Positions 39,446-50,805 of a DNA stretch of 64,000 nucleotides are shown here, one piece after another. Numbering within the stretch: the stretch's first letter is position 1; every line of letters begins with the position of its first letter. The position numbers and the translations under genes are program-made. Location: positions 747,895-811,894 of the forward strand of contig MU004244.1 of the NCBI GenBank assembly GCA_010405405.1, read 5' to 3'. The notes beneath the pieces are model-generated. The model made no database searches, had not been told where the DNA came from, and worked only from the letters and a program-made list of their open reading frames with translations. This DNA is from Microthyrium microscopicum. Its lineage: Eukaryota.

Positions 39446-40810
39446 ATGCGTCTTCTCAATACAACAACATATGAATTGCAGGAGTCTCGACAAGGCACTA
39501 CACGCCCTCCGTATGCCATTTTATCTCATCGATGGTATCCCCAAGAAATCACCTATGCAACTTTGAATTCTTCTGGACTACAGAACGATGATATTGCTTC
39601 ACCACAATTGGAGAAAATCCGGGGAACTTGTCGTATCGCTCGAGCTGAAAATCTGGAGTGGGTTTGGATTGACTCCTCTAACATCAACAAAAATAGCTCA
39701 GAGGAACTAAACAGGTCTATCAATTCCATGTTCAGATGGTACCAGGAAGCCGCAATATGTTACACGTATTTGACTGATGTCGTCAAATCTGGACAACAAC
39801 CATACACTTCCCAGCAACATGACCCTGAGAAAGCCTCAAAACAACAATCCAGTGTTTTCAAACGACATGACTCTAACGAAACTTCAGAATGGTTTGAGCG
39901 TGGTTGGACACTGCAGGAGCTACTTGCACCCCGTCAGATGAGATTCTACGACACGAACTGGACTTTTATGGGGACGAGGTCGCAGCTCGCACCAGAGATA
40001 GAGAGAATCACTGGCATAGAAGCTAAATTCCTGGATGGATCAGAGGCCTTCAGGAGTGCTAGCATTGCTGCTAGATTGAGCTGGCAAGCCCGTAGAAAGA
40101 CGACTGAGGAGGAAGATATGGCTTACAGTCTCCTTGGAATTTTCGATGTTGATCTGGTTCCTACCTATGGAGAAGGCCGAAAAGCGTTCTTCAAGCTCCA
40201 GCAAAAACTCCTTCAAAACTATCGAGATGAGTCACTATTTGCTTGGACAGCACCAAAAGGTCGTTTACCCAAACATGACCGCAATTGGGGTCCTGACCAA
40301 TGGGGTCTATTGGCACCGTCCATCATCTGCTTTCAGAACTGTGGTAAATTTGTCATCTCAGGCAAATCAAAAGAGCGACCTGCCGGAGGAATTACGCCCA
40401 CTGCAGAAGGAGTGAAATTTCCCATGCCAGCGAGCGAGCTCGAATCGTGGCGAACGTGGATGGGCATGCTCAGTGTTTTTGCTCCTCCATTTATAGGTCC
40501 ATTTCTTTGGCACGGAATCAGAGTTTATAAACACAAACATCGACGAGAATGGTCTCTCACTTTGAATTGTTGGACTGAGAATGGGGTTGGCCAGCTCAAG
40601 CCACTGCAAATCTTCTTATGCCGTGACTCACGCGGTGACGAATTTTGGAGGAGGTGTCGTTGTGAAGACTTGGAAATGGCGCAGAAGATCGCCTCCAACA
40701 GCAGGACTGGAACTGGTGGGTTGTTGGCGTTGACTAAAGATATCACGGTCGTCCAACCAACCGGAGTTTGGTTGGCAGCACCTGCGGAACCAGCCTCTAA
40801 AGTCGAGTAG
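39446..40810 (+). CDS. HET-domain (heterokaryon incompatibility, PF06985-type) protein
   Basis: MRLLNT, PPYAILSHRW, WVWID, EL..SINSMFRWY..A.ICY.YL.DV, SEWFERGWTLQELLAP, EEDMAYSLLGIF, YGEG..AF..LQ, DESLFAW. Confidence 0.92.
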   Translation: MRLLNTTTYELQESRQGTTRPPYAILSHRWYPQEITYATLNSSGLQNDDIASPQLEKIRGTCRIARAENLEWVWIDSSNINKNSSEELNRSINSMFRWYQEAAICYTYLTDVVKSGQQPYTSQQHDPEKASKQQSSVFKRHDSNETSEWFERGWTLQELLAPRQMRFYDTNWTFMGTRSQLAPEIERITGIEAKFLDGSEAFRSASIAARLSWQARRKTTEEEDMAYSLLGIFDVDLVPTYGEGRKAFFKLQQKLLQNYRDESLFAWTAPKGRLPKHDRNWGPDQWGLLAPSIICFQNCGKFVISGKSKERPAGGITPTAEGVKFPMPASELESWRTWMGMLSVFAPPFIGPFLWHGIRVYKHKHRREWSLTLNCWTENGVGQLKPLQIFLCRDSRGDEFWRRCRCEDLEMAQKIASNSRTGTGGLLALTKDITVVQPTGVWLAAPAEPASKVE

Positions 40811-41360
40811 GACTGCTCAAGTCTCGAATGAGGTACCTAGTAGTATCTGAGTTTGAACATCACAACATCACAAGCAATCAAACGGGCTTCAATTGAAAGC
40901 TGGTTTGACTCAAATGATAGTGTATTGTGTAAGAAATAAATCTGATCAATGAGCGGAGTTCGAAAAGCAGTGCTGAACCACCAAAGATTTGATCAGATGC
41001 GCATGCGATTATTTCGATTTGCTCCGTTGCGCTTCTGATTTATATCAAAGACTTAAAATATAGTAAATATCCAATCGCGTCAGACCTCGGTTGAAGGTAA
41101 ACCATAAACATAATAAGACGATCCCTGTATCTCCTCGGCGATTGGTTCAACATCTATCCTTATGCGGGATATCCAGCTCTTCTTTGGTCTGGTATCACAC
41201 AACTACGATTTAGTGGTTTGGTTCAGTACATACAACATGAGATCAGAATAGAGGTCATAACTGCGTTGTATTTTGCTCTCTGAGACTGTAGGTATCCAGT
41301 CTTTCTTAGGGTGCGGCTCCATTGCCGTACGGAACCGATACCCCTCTCAATCACTGCAAT

Positions 41361-42516
41361 ATGGCGAATCACTCTGAACCTTTACCGCCATTGATTTATG
41401 CGATCTCTGGATCAGCTGCTTCAGTCGTAGCAAACACCTTAATATATCCTTTGGACCGGTACTTCATACAGAACTCCACTTGTCAACCAACTAACTTGCA
41501 TCAGGGTCAAAACCAAGCTTCAGGTACAATCAACACAAGATGCTGATAAGCTCTCCAAGGACGCTTACTATGATGGCGTCTCTGACGCTATCATCAAAAT
41601 CGTAAAGACCGAGGGACTCGCTGGCTTATATGTGGGCATGCCTGGAAGTCTCATAGGATCCGCATCTCAGGGATATGCTTTTAATTACTGGCATTCTTTC
41701 TTACGACAGTTTTATATATCGTCAAGCGCTTTTACTCAACCACCTGGAACCATTGCCGAGCTCATATTGGCATTTGGATCTAGTGCGCTCACACAATTTA
41801 CAACGATACCTGTTTCAGTTGTCACTACACGTCAGCAAACTACGCCGAAAGAAGATAGAAAAGACTTGATCGGTACTGCCAAGGATGTAATTCACAGCGA
41901 GGATGGAGTATCAGGACTCTGGAAAGGACTAAAGGCTGCACTCGTACTGTGCATCAACCCGGCTATCACATACGGAACTACCGAACGCTTGCGAGTGTTG
42001 CTCTTCAAAGGTAGGGAAGTATTGAAACCATGGGAAAGCTTTCGTAAGTTCCAATTCTCCCGAACCCATCACCTTTACTTCTGCTTATCATATGGCAGTA
42101 CTCGGTGTTATCTCAAAAGCAATTGCAACCGTCATATCACAGCCAATGATCGTTGCGAGAGTCGGTCTTCAATCGAAACCACCACCTTCTAGAAATGGTA
42201 TTCCTTTCAAAACTTGGGGCGAAGTCATGAGTTATATCATAAAAAACGAAGGAATTCTACGATTATGGAAAGGGCTGGGGCCACAGCTATCCAAGGCTAT
42301 TTTAGTTCAGGGATTGATGACGATTCTCAAAGAACGGTGAGTGAAAGATTACCAGTCCCAGTGGAATGATACAGTCTTGCTAATACTACGCACAGATTTC
42401 GAAACCAATTAGCCATAGCATACTACTTTGCTCAAAGAACTAGAAAATCGCAGAGACTGAGCGGTGCTTTCATTGCAGGCAAAACAACAAACCAGACACT
42501 TTTGACTAAAGTATGA
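41361..42516 (+). CDS. ANT1: Mitochondrial-carrier-family protein, peroxisomal adenine nucleotide transporter-like (4 exons)
   Basis: YPLDR|VKTKLQVQ, EGLAGLY.G, TIPVSVVTTRQQT, GLWKGLKAALVLCINPAITYG, QPMIVARVGLQS, LWKGLGPQLSK.ILVQG. Confidence 0.8.
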
Positions 42517-42696
42517 CTAGTCGTCGACAGTTTGGAGAATAGAAATAAACACTCACATTGAGTTTGTTGTCCAGCAGCCACTGCGATTCCTCAACAACTG
42601 CTCAGCCATATATTTAGCAAAAGCGATATTGAATCTTGGTTGTTATTATTATAAGTCTATATATGTAATTGTACGTGTCTTCAAGACAACAAATTC

Positions 42697-43941
42697 CTAT
42701 GCTTTATGGGCAGGGATTTTGTCCAAGTCCTTCTTCTGGACTTCTGACCACCCAGCTGCTGTAGCTTTATCATTTTTGAACCAGTCTGCTGACTCCTTAT
42801 CCTGCAGCAGAACCCATTTGAGCCATTTTGCTGCAATTTCTCCATACTTTCCACCATGAACCTCATTGAATGTTCCAGGGTGGCCAGATGGCGCGTAATT
42901 TCCAATCCAAGAGGGGACCTTTGTAAGATTATAATCATGCTTGGCCTGTCACACATAATTAGTACACCACAGATGAATTTAACACTGGGAAAGCCCGATG
43001 GACTTACGTTTTCATAGGAGAAATCGCTGGGGCCGCCGATGAAGTAGAATGCTGGCACCTTGAAGGTTGATCCATCCGGAGTACCTGTCAAAACATCCCG
43101 TTCTCCATGTCCTCCATGTCCTCCTCTTCCGGGTGGAGCAATATAGTTCTCTGGTATCTTCGCACCAACTGGGAAAGGACCACCTGCATTGAAGATTCCC
43201 ACGGCCTTGATTCTTGGATCTTGAGCTGCAATCGCTGCTTCCTTGCCGCCACAGCTATGTCCAGCCGCGGCTACTCTGGTTGTATCAAGATATGTATAAG
43301 TTCCATCGTCAATCTTTGCAGCCACTATAGCCCATTCAAGTCCGTGTACAAGCTGATGACCTGAGGATTGTCCAAAAGAATACGCGTTACTGTATTTCAA
43401 CTCTGGTTGAGGGATCTCATCGCCATTGGCGATTATAGTAAAGCCTGTAGCCGTGTTAAACCAACGTCAACAGGTGGATTCTATGACTGACCATGCGATG
43501 CAATTTCAAGCAAAAATGGAGCATCAATTGTGCCGGCTGAGGCACAACCGCCATTTCCCCACAACAGTATCGGAGTTTTTTGAGTGACATGATCCATTGG
43601 CCCATATAAGGTATGGTCAGGTAATCCAGGGACTGTGTAGATGTGCTATTCTAGTGAGAACCTTCTCGGCCAAAGGTGTTAAAAAGGTGTCCTACCGCTT
43701 GATGTGGCCCGGTTCCTGGTGTTTCCACGGCTTTTACTGAGTTTATTGGATCATCGGGATGACCTTTTGCGGGAAACGCTGGAGCACCATCCTTTAGCAA
43801 CACCGGTGGAGGAGGCGGTCCTTCTCTATGCGCAGGTGGCGCGTCGTCTCCATCAAACGGTATCTCCTTGGGGGGTTTAGTCTGCGCAACGGCACATATT
43901 GCCAAAGAAAAGCCCACCAAAGCAATGCGCTGAAATTTCAT
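42697..43941 (-). CDS. Secreted alpha/beta-hydrolase (chlorophyllase/cutinase-like lipase fold), 4 exons
   Basis: Signal peptide; PILLWGNGGC, EIASHG|FTIIANG, LDTTRVAAAGHSCGG (nucleophile elbow), GGPSD, GHPGTF (His); stop TAG at 42697-42699. Confidence 0.85.
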
Positions 43942-45847
43942 GCTGAAGGATTGCGATGCCTAGAGAAAGAAACAACTGTTCGAGATATGTGAAGGGGTAT
44001 TTTCATCAATAGCATTGCGCAAAGAAGTACCTACCACTACAATGTACTGAGTACTCTTCGAAAGCGGAAGAATTGTGGCGCTATATTAATTTGAGTGACG
44101 TGAATCCTGGCTTGAGATAGAGGCTCAAACCGCGAACCTGGCAAATCTGCCCTGTCATAATTGGATTACCAGGTTGAACCGCCGTCTTAGATTATTGAGA
44201 GAAATCCTAGTCATGTGTACATATTGTATTCAAGTCTGGTTGGTAGCACGGAGCCATGGGGCCGATGAAGCACCGTACATGTCTACGATCGCTACAAGTA
44301 TGTCTCTAATCGATGCCCAGATACCCAAGTAAGCACCTAGGTACATAAGGAAGATTGAGTAATGTTTTGGCCTACAGTGCGGATTGCAATAGTGCATCAA
44401 TATGTCCTTCAAGCTGAGCGGAAGAGCTGAAAGAGAGACATCTCTTACATATCTAATGGTTTCATCTGCGAACACCACGGGGGAAAGCTGTCGTGAAAAG
44501 AGATAGGGTGTTAAGCTCTGACTCTAAAGCTGGCTGCAGTTATATAGTCGTCGGTGATTATATGCTGATATAGCAAGGATGTAACAAATAAAAGACCTTG
44601 ATGATCGGACGTTTGGCTGAATATGGATTGTACTAACCTATTCCAGTAGTCAGTCAAAAAGGTTTTTTAGGTCGAACAAAATGAAGTTATTATTCATGCC
44701 TGAATTCCATGCCACGTCTATCATCTACTGAAGTGCATGCAACACACGTATTGCAGAAAGACTTCTATGTAGAGTCTAGGAGCAATGGATTGTCCAGATG
44801 ATCAGATCTTATACTTGAGCTGTGACCTAAATTGAGGTTTTGTATTGAGTTGAGAGTAGGTAACAAGTGTACTGACTTGGTCTCACAGTCAAGGTTATGG
44901 ACGGCCGGTTTCATTAGAGTATCCTTCCTTGACATCACGCTCCACGTCATATCAGCTTTTGTGTGGCGCCGATGGAAGAGAAAGTCTCATAACAGCGAGC
45001 ACAAGAGGAACTTCCTTGGAAGCCTACGGAGGATAAGAAGGTATGCTGAATACCATCTGTGCGCTGAACACTCTTCCAGCTTAGCAAACTCATCGAGCAC
45101 AAGATAAGTCGAATTATGGATGGTGATATCATTTCATAGATAGGAATCTCTATCGGTGTCAAAATGGTGATGGGCGTGGTGTTGAGATTTGCAACGCAAT
45201 GTTTACTTGCCAGTCGTGATGAACTAGTCCATTATGGATTTAGCGTGCCAAGGTCTCACCATTCCCTTTTGGCACAAGTTTCAACGCCTTCTCTTTAAGC
45301 GCAATGCGACCATTGATCCTTTGCTAGGCCACTTTCAGTCGAGATGGAAAACAATCCTCTACACGCTGAACACGTCGCTTCTAAAGACTTTATCCAGGAA
45401 CGCCTGGATTCAGTCACCCGCCGACTCGCCCGCCCTGCCTTTCTTCACGACATTAGTTGCAGCCGTCTCCCTTCTCAAGCTGCCTCTGAGTCCTCTCTCT
45501 CCCCCGCAGAACCACCCCACTTTCTTCAGCAACATCCTCAAGCGCAGCCAGTCCACCACGGTCGTCGACGAGCCTTTGGATACGGCAATTCATTACTTCC
45601 ATCTGACGCCCTACAGCGTAGCCCGCTGCACCAGGCCCTTGATTTCGCCCACATTGACGATCCACTCGATGACTGCGATTTGATCGACTCTCAGACCCCA
45701 CTGATCGAGCTTGCCCAAGCTGTCCTCGAACACGATCCAAAAGTCGACGAGGTTACACCGTCCACTGCTTGGGTGGAGCTTCGACGGCTCCAAGATAGCT
45801 TTTCTGCCGCATGGGCAAGCCTTTGCACCTTCAATTGCGCCTTGAAA

Positions 45848-47068
45848 ATGGCTGTCGAACGTGGTTTCAGCACTTTTGAGCACGGGCATAACGATCTCGT
45901 TCTTGCAGTTGACTTTAACTTTTACGGCACACGTATGGTCACAGCTTCAGCCGATCATCGACTCAAGGTGTTCGATCGCAAAGACGAGGCTTGGGAAATC
46001 GTGGATACTTGGCGAGCACACGATGCCGAGGTTGTGGATGTTAAATGGAATGGACCGTTTATTGGTTCAACTCTAGGGTCCATTGGCGAAGATGGACGAT
46101 TCACATTATGGGAAGAAGATCTGCTAGAACCGCCAAATTCTGGCCGACGATTTAAGCGGATAGCGAGTATTCGGTCCGGAACAAAGATGCCTTATTGCAG
46201 CTTGGACTTCAAGAATATACAGGCCGAGACTTATATAGCCTTGATCACAAGAGATGGCTTGTTGTCAATATATGAGCCTGTAGATCATGACAATCTCGGA
46301 GGGGACATGACTGTTATAATGAAAGAAGAGGTGTGTGCAAGTCCATCAAGACAGGAAGAAACAGGGTTTCGCGTCGCTTGGCACAAAGAGAAATTACCAT
46401 GTTGGACCGCTGTTGAAGCAGGCTTGGATCGAAAAGCTTTAAGTCTCGCTGTAGCGGCCATGGACAAAGTCAAAATATACCGCACTGACAAAGAACGGAA
46501 ATGGTACCAAGCAGCAGAACTTGTTGGAGCTCGAGGTATTATCAGAGATGTAGCTTGGGCGAATGGTGCCATGCGAGGCTACGATGTCATTGCAACAGCC
46601 AGCAAAGACGGGGCTGTTCGAGTCTACGATGTTACTACACCAATCGATCATTCTACAAGAGCGGGAGCAGATTCATCATCTTTAGAGCCAGGAACTCCTC
46701 CTGCACCAGCACCTGGGAAGCCACGGATCACCGCACCGTCTGGTCTCGCTGTCGGATTGGCAAACACATCTGGCTTAGTCAAAGATCAATATCGGAACTC
46801 GGATAAAAATGTGCCTGGTCGCATCAGACACGAAGCAAAAATGGTCGCCGAATTGACCGCTCACAACGGCTCTGTATGGAGAGTAGCATTCTCACAGCTA
46901 GGTAAATACATTCCATCCGCACTCAGCCTTATACTAATTGGTCCAGGTGATTTACTAGTTTCTACGGGAGACGATGGATCAGTACGGACGTGGAAAAAGG
47001 CACTGAACGGACTTAGTGGCCAATGGCTAGAATACGCCCAAATCGACATGACCTCCCAGGATGGCTAA
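45848..47068 (+). CDS. SEH1: WD40 nucleoporin / SEACAT subunit Seh1
   Basis: GHNDLVLAVDFNFYGTRMVTASADHRLKVFD, WRAHDAEV, IRDVAWA..GYDVIATASKDG, H.GSVWRV.F...G..L.STGDDG.VR.WK; in-frame intron 46902-46946. The frame is open upstream to ATG 45344. Confidence 0.88.
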   Translation: MAVERGFSTFEHGHNDLVLAVDFNFYGTRMVTASADHRLKVFDRKDEAWEIVDTWRAHDAEVVDVKWNGPFIGSTLGSIGEDGRFTLWEEDLLEPPNSGRRFKRIASIRSGTKMPYCSLDFKNIQAETYIALITRDGLLSIYEPVDHDNLGGDMTVIMKEEVCASPSRQEETGFRVAWHKEKLPCWTAVEAGLDRKALSLAVAAMDKVKIYRTDKERKWYQAAELVGARGIIRDVAWANGAMRGYDVIATASKDGAVRVYDVTTPIDHSTRAGADSSSLEPGTPPAPAPGKPRITAPSGLAVGLANTSGLVKDQYRNSDKNVPGRIRHEAKMVAELTAHNGSVWRVAFSQLGKYIPSALSLILIGPGDLLVSTGDDGSVRTWKKALNGLSGQWLEYAQIDMTSQDG

Positions 47069-47160
47069 AAGCACCATCACGCATTGACGACTTATGTACT
47101 TGTAGCAACTTGCGGATATCCCTTGAAATTAACATTACCAATATTATGTATTCTACCACG

Positions 47161-48125
47161 TCAAGCACACGGCTCTTTCACACCTCTTGTTATCAACCAC
47201 CAATTGATCGGAGCCGCAGTCCAAAAGCCAAGGAACATGGCCACTTGCATCTGCCACCAATACGTCCAAGTCGTCATTTCCAGTCGATAGTTCCAGATGC
47301 CTACCTGATACACAATCATCCACCCAAACGCGCCAATCTCAAAGAATGTCAAGCTCAATACATCGGCTTTGGCGGCTCGCCAGACTGTTTTTGGTCCCCA
47401 TTGGCCGCTCATTGGTGCAATGCTGAGATACTGGAAGACTATGCCGAATAGAAGGGCGAAGGCGTAGCTCACGAGCAGGCATGGCCAGATATCGTGATCG
47501 CGAATAGTGGCTTCTGTCCCATATACGAGCCATTCGCCAACAATATCACCGAGGACGCAGCCGGCGCCGCAGTGTGACACGCCGATGAGGATGGTTGCCC
47601 AGAGTGGGCGGTCTTTGTCTCCTGGCATATGGTGCATGTGGATGTCGTGAGTGGTCATTTCGGGCGCTGAGTGATCCACGGCGGAATGATCCATAGTTGA
47701 GTGATCCATGGTACTATGTTCCATGGCGGCATGGTCGTGCCCGTGGTGATGCTCCATATCGTTTTCTGTATTAGAGCCGGCTTCTTCATCTTTCATGGCC
47801 ATTCCGGCGTGGTGCTGATGGCCCATACCGCTTGCGTTGAGGGATTTGGGATCAGCGGCGCGGCCATATTTAAAATAGAGATATAGCCCAACTGGTCCCA
47901 TATATGTTGCTGTAATTGGATACGTGGGAATCCTGAGTCTGTTAGTATGTATCGAACGAAAGCATGATAAACATACATTATCAACATCATTGACTTCCAG
48001 CCTCTTCGCCATATTATATCTCCTAGTACTATCAAACCACACAATCCGCCAAACACAAGAAATATTCCAGCAATAATGGTTAGTGCTTCTGGTGGATGAT
48101 AGTCCATTCCCATTGAGTCATCCAT
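47161..48125 (-). CDS. DUF4396 membrane protein with His/Met-rich loop (2 exons)
   Basis: Intron 47933-47976; HCGAGCVLGDIVGE, FGIVFQY.SIAPM, KAD.LSL..FEIG.FGWM, YWWQMQVAM.LGF.T..PINWWLI..GVKE. Confidence 0.85.
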
Positions 48126-48676
48126 GTTGTAAGTGTTCAAAGTCTCAAATCGAGTGTTGTTATCAATCTTGCGAGTTTTTCACCCAGTGAAGATTAAATA
48201 GAAGTTATCAAGACGCCATGCCCTGTAATGGTCTCTGAGGTTGCCACAATGCGCGAAAAGTGCCACCAGTCCGAGGGAGACGCATGATTCAGCCCTGTCG
48301 CATTACATATCATGACTGAGCGTGATGAGAATGCAGATGCTGCAAGGGACCAATGATCTGATTACTATCCTTGCGAGTGATGTCACCCGCAATTATTCTA
48401 CAAAATAGATCTGTTGCCTTTATTCGCCCAGAGCCTTAACTACTTTCTGTTTACCTCAAGTCGTTCGTGTGTAGGTCTTCATGAATGGGTGATGAGTTGC
48501 AGTAGATAGAGTACTCAGGTATGATACTCTAGTATCACATGTACAGGTAAGGACTATATCATTCTCAATTGCCGAAGCCGTATAATCCAAAACCTCATTC
48601 GAGTCGACGACTACACCTTTGTACATCTATGGGTATAGTGAATGCCTCCAGTGCCACATGAATCTTCTCATCTTTA

Positions 48677-50106
48677 TCATTTCCTTTGGTCTGTCCTTCT
48701 TATTAAGTTTATCCTCGAGATTCCTTTTGGTAATAGGTAGCCCAGAGCCTCATACTTTTCACGAGACTGAGGTATAGACCAATGATCCAGTTGAAATCGA
48801 ATCATGATCTCTCGCGGGTCAGATTTCTGGTCGTAAGCCAGCTTAGCAAAAGAAAAAAGCCAATCAGCTTGAACTTGGCCAAATTCAGCCCATGATGCGC
48901 TGCGTTCATCACATCCACCGAAGTTCCAGGCGAAGCTGTACAGTTTTGAGGTTAGGATTGTTGAATTTGACTGCTCGGGCGAGCACAGCCATCCTCGATG
49001 CGATAGCCCAAGCTTTTGTAGCTCTGGAGATCGCGAGAAATCAATGGCATCCCCAACAACTGGCAGGGAGGCGGCACCAGTCGAGCCAATTGAGATGGAT
49101 TGTAGAGTTGAACGATGAGGAGCTAACAATATTTCAAACATGAGTAGCTTCCAGTTCACATCATACGGGATCGGATCAGTAGTGTGAAGCTGTTCAAAAG
49201 TAAAATGCTCGAGAATCTTGGGCCACGCGAGGAGGATGGCAAGCTCGGAAGGAGTGGCTTTAAACGAGTAAAGAATGAGAGTCGTGAGACATCCTGTACG
49301 TTCGTGTTTCTGTCTATCATTTAGTACTACCATCCAAAAGTACTCGACTTCACTATTCGGGATGACGCTATTTGAAAAAATCGGTCGACCTACCCCTTTC
49401 GGTCTTTTCTCAAAATGCGACGTCCGAGTCTCCTGTCCAAACTCGTTTCCTTGCTTAGTGTGCCCAGAGACACCATACAAGCAGAGCTTTCGCAAGCTAG
49501 GTATATTGAGGTTCTCGATAATATCGTAAATCAGAAGACCGTCCCGCAAATGTCCTTCAAATTCAACCTCCTGGACTAATGGCATACATTTCAGTCCCTT
49601 CACAATAACGGGTCAAGTGTATTTCCCTTTGCCACTTCCAAACCACCTGAAAGTCTGAACGAAGTTACATTGGGCAACAAAGTTATCGGATCGTTAGCTA
49701 TGTCCTAGTCACCAGGGGACTTGATGAGATAGGTGTCGTCAATGTTGAATTCGATGGCTTTGATGTACGATCGAACATCCGGACTGTCCTGTAAGGACCT
49801 GAGAAGGTTTTTGTCAGCATACACGAGGGCATAATTCCATATTTATGGTCGAGTATTATGGTATGGTATAGTAGCGGTGCTGCAATTTGATTGAAGCGTT
49901 TGCAAACCGTCCAATGTCGGAATGCGTCGGTAGAAGGCTTGAATGCAGTCTCCTGGCTTCCACTTCTTAGGTAATGGACATTGGATCAAAGGATCAGTGG
50001 TTGAAAGGCTGAAAATGTCTCCGAGCAGCTCATTAGGGAGTCGTAATATGAACGCCTGGAGCCGATGCGACGGCGAATCTTGGAAGTCGTGCCTAATAAG
50101 TGCCAT
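48677..50106 (-). pseudogene. F-box / LRR-like protein, frameshifted
   Basis: F-box start ILRLPNELLGDIF in one frame, F-box tail VCKRFNQIAAPLLYHTI in a second, LLRSLQDSPDVRSYIKAIEF in a third that contains an in-frame TAG, then ORF 48677-49603. No convincing introns bridge the shifts. Confidence 0.7.
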
Positions 50107-50805
50107 ATATCGCGACTTCGAAGGGCCGAGTTGAAGCTGCTTGTGTTTGGCTTGCGATAATTATTCGATTCATGCGTTTGCTCTTCTTCGCTTTTCCTCT
50201 TTTAGTTGCTTTTTCTTATCTGGAAGCATTCGACGCAGAAGTCGTCCATTTTAAAGGGATATGCGGTTCGTAATTATCGACTACAGCTATTGTACATAAA
50301 AATAACCTGCCGTCCGTTTGGTTTACCACCGCATTTACGGATTTAAATAGGGATATCAATTGTTCGAGAAGGGATGACTTGGATGATATACTCAAGTAAG
50401 TACGAAATGGAATGTGGAAATGAAGACATTTGAAGTCGGTGGGTAGATATGCAGGCAAGAATCAGGATTCGATGCTGTGCCGCAATCGATATCTGTAGTA
50501 TGGTTCTGCTTACAGCGATTTCCGCAGCTTTCGCGTGTTTCTCGCCGCTTATGTGAGTGAAGGGCGTCTATATCATCGAATCACAGACCTAGTAGCTGGG
50601 GAGCGATCAAGGGGACGAGTTGAAGTGGAAATCTACGACCATGTTGCCATTATCAGTCGTACCAGGTACATCTAGAAAGGACTACTACCAAGTCCCAACG
50701 CGCCATAGAGGAGCGTCCCAAATACATGCCTGCCCATGAGATTCATGAAGTACGTATACCATGATGCTCATATTGGCTGATCATGGGAACCCAAGTTCAT
50801 TCTTG

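Noticed and set aside
28371..43941. Possible secondary-metabolite cluster (SDRs, hydrolase, carrier, cupin)
   Set aside because: No PKS, NRPS, terpene synthase or cluster TF; looks like a mixed accessory region.
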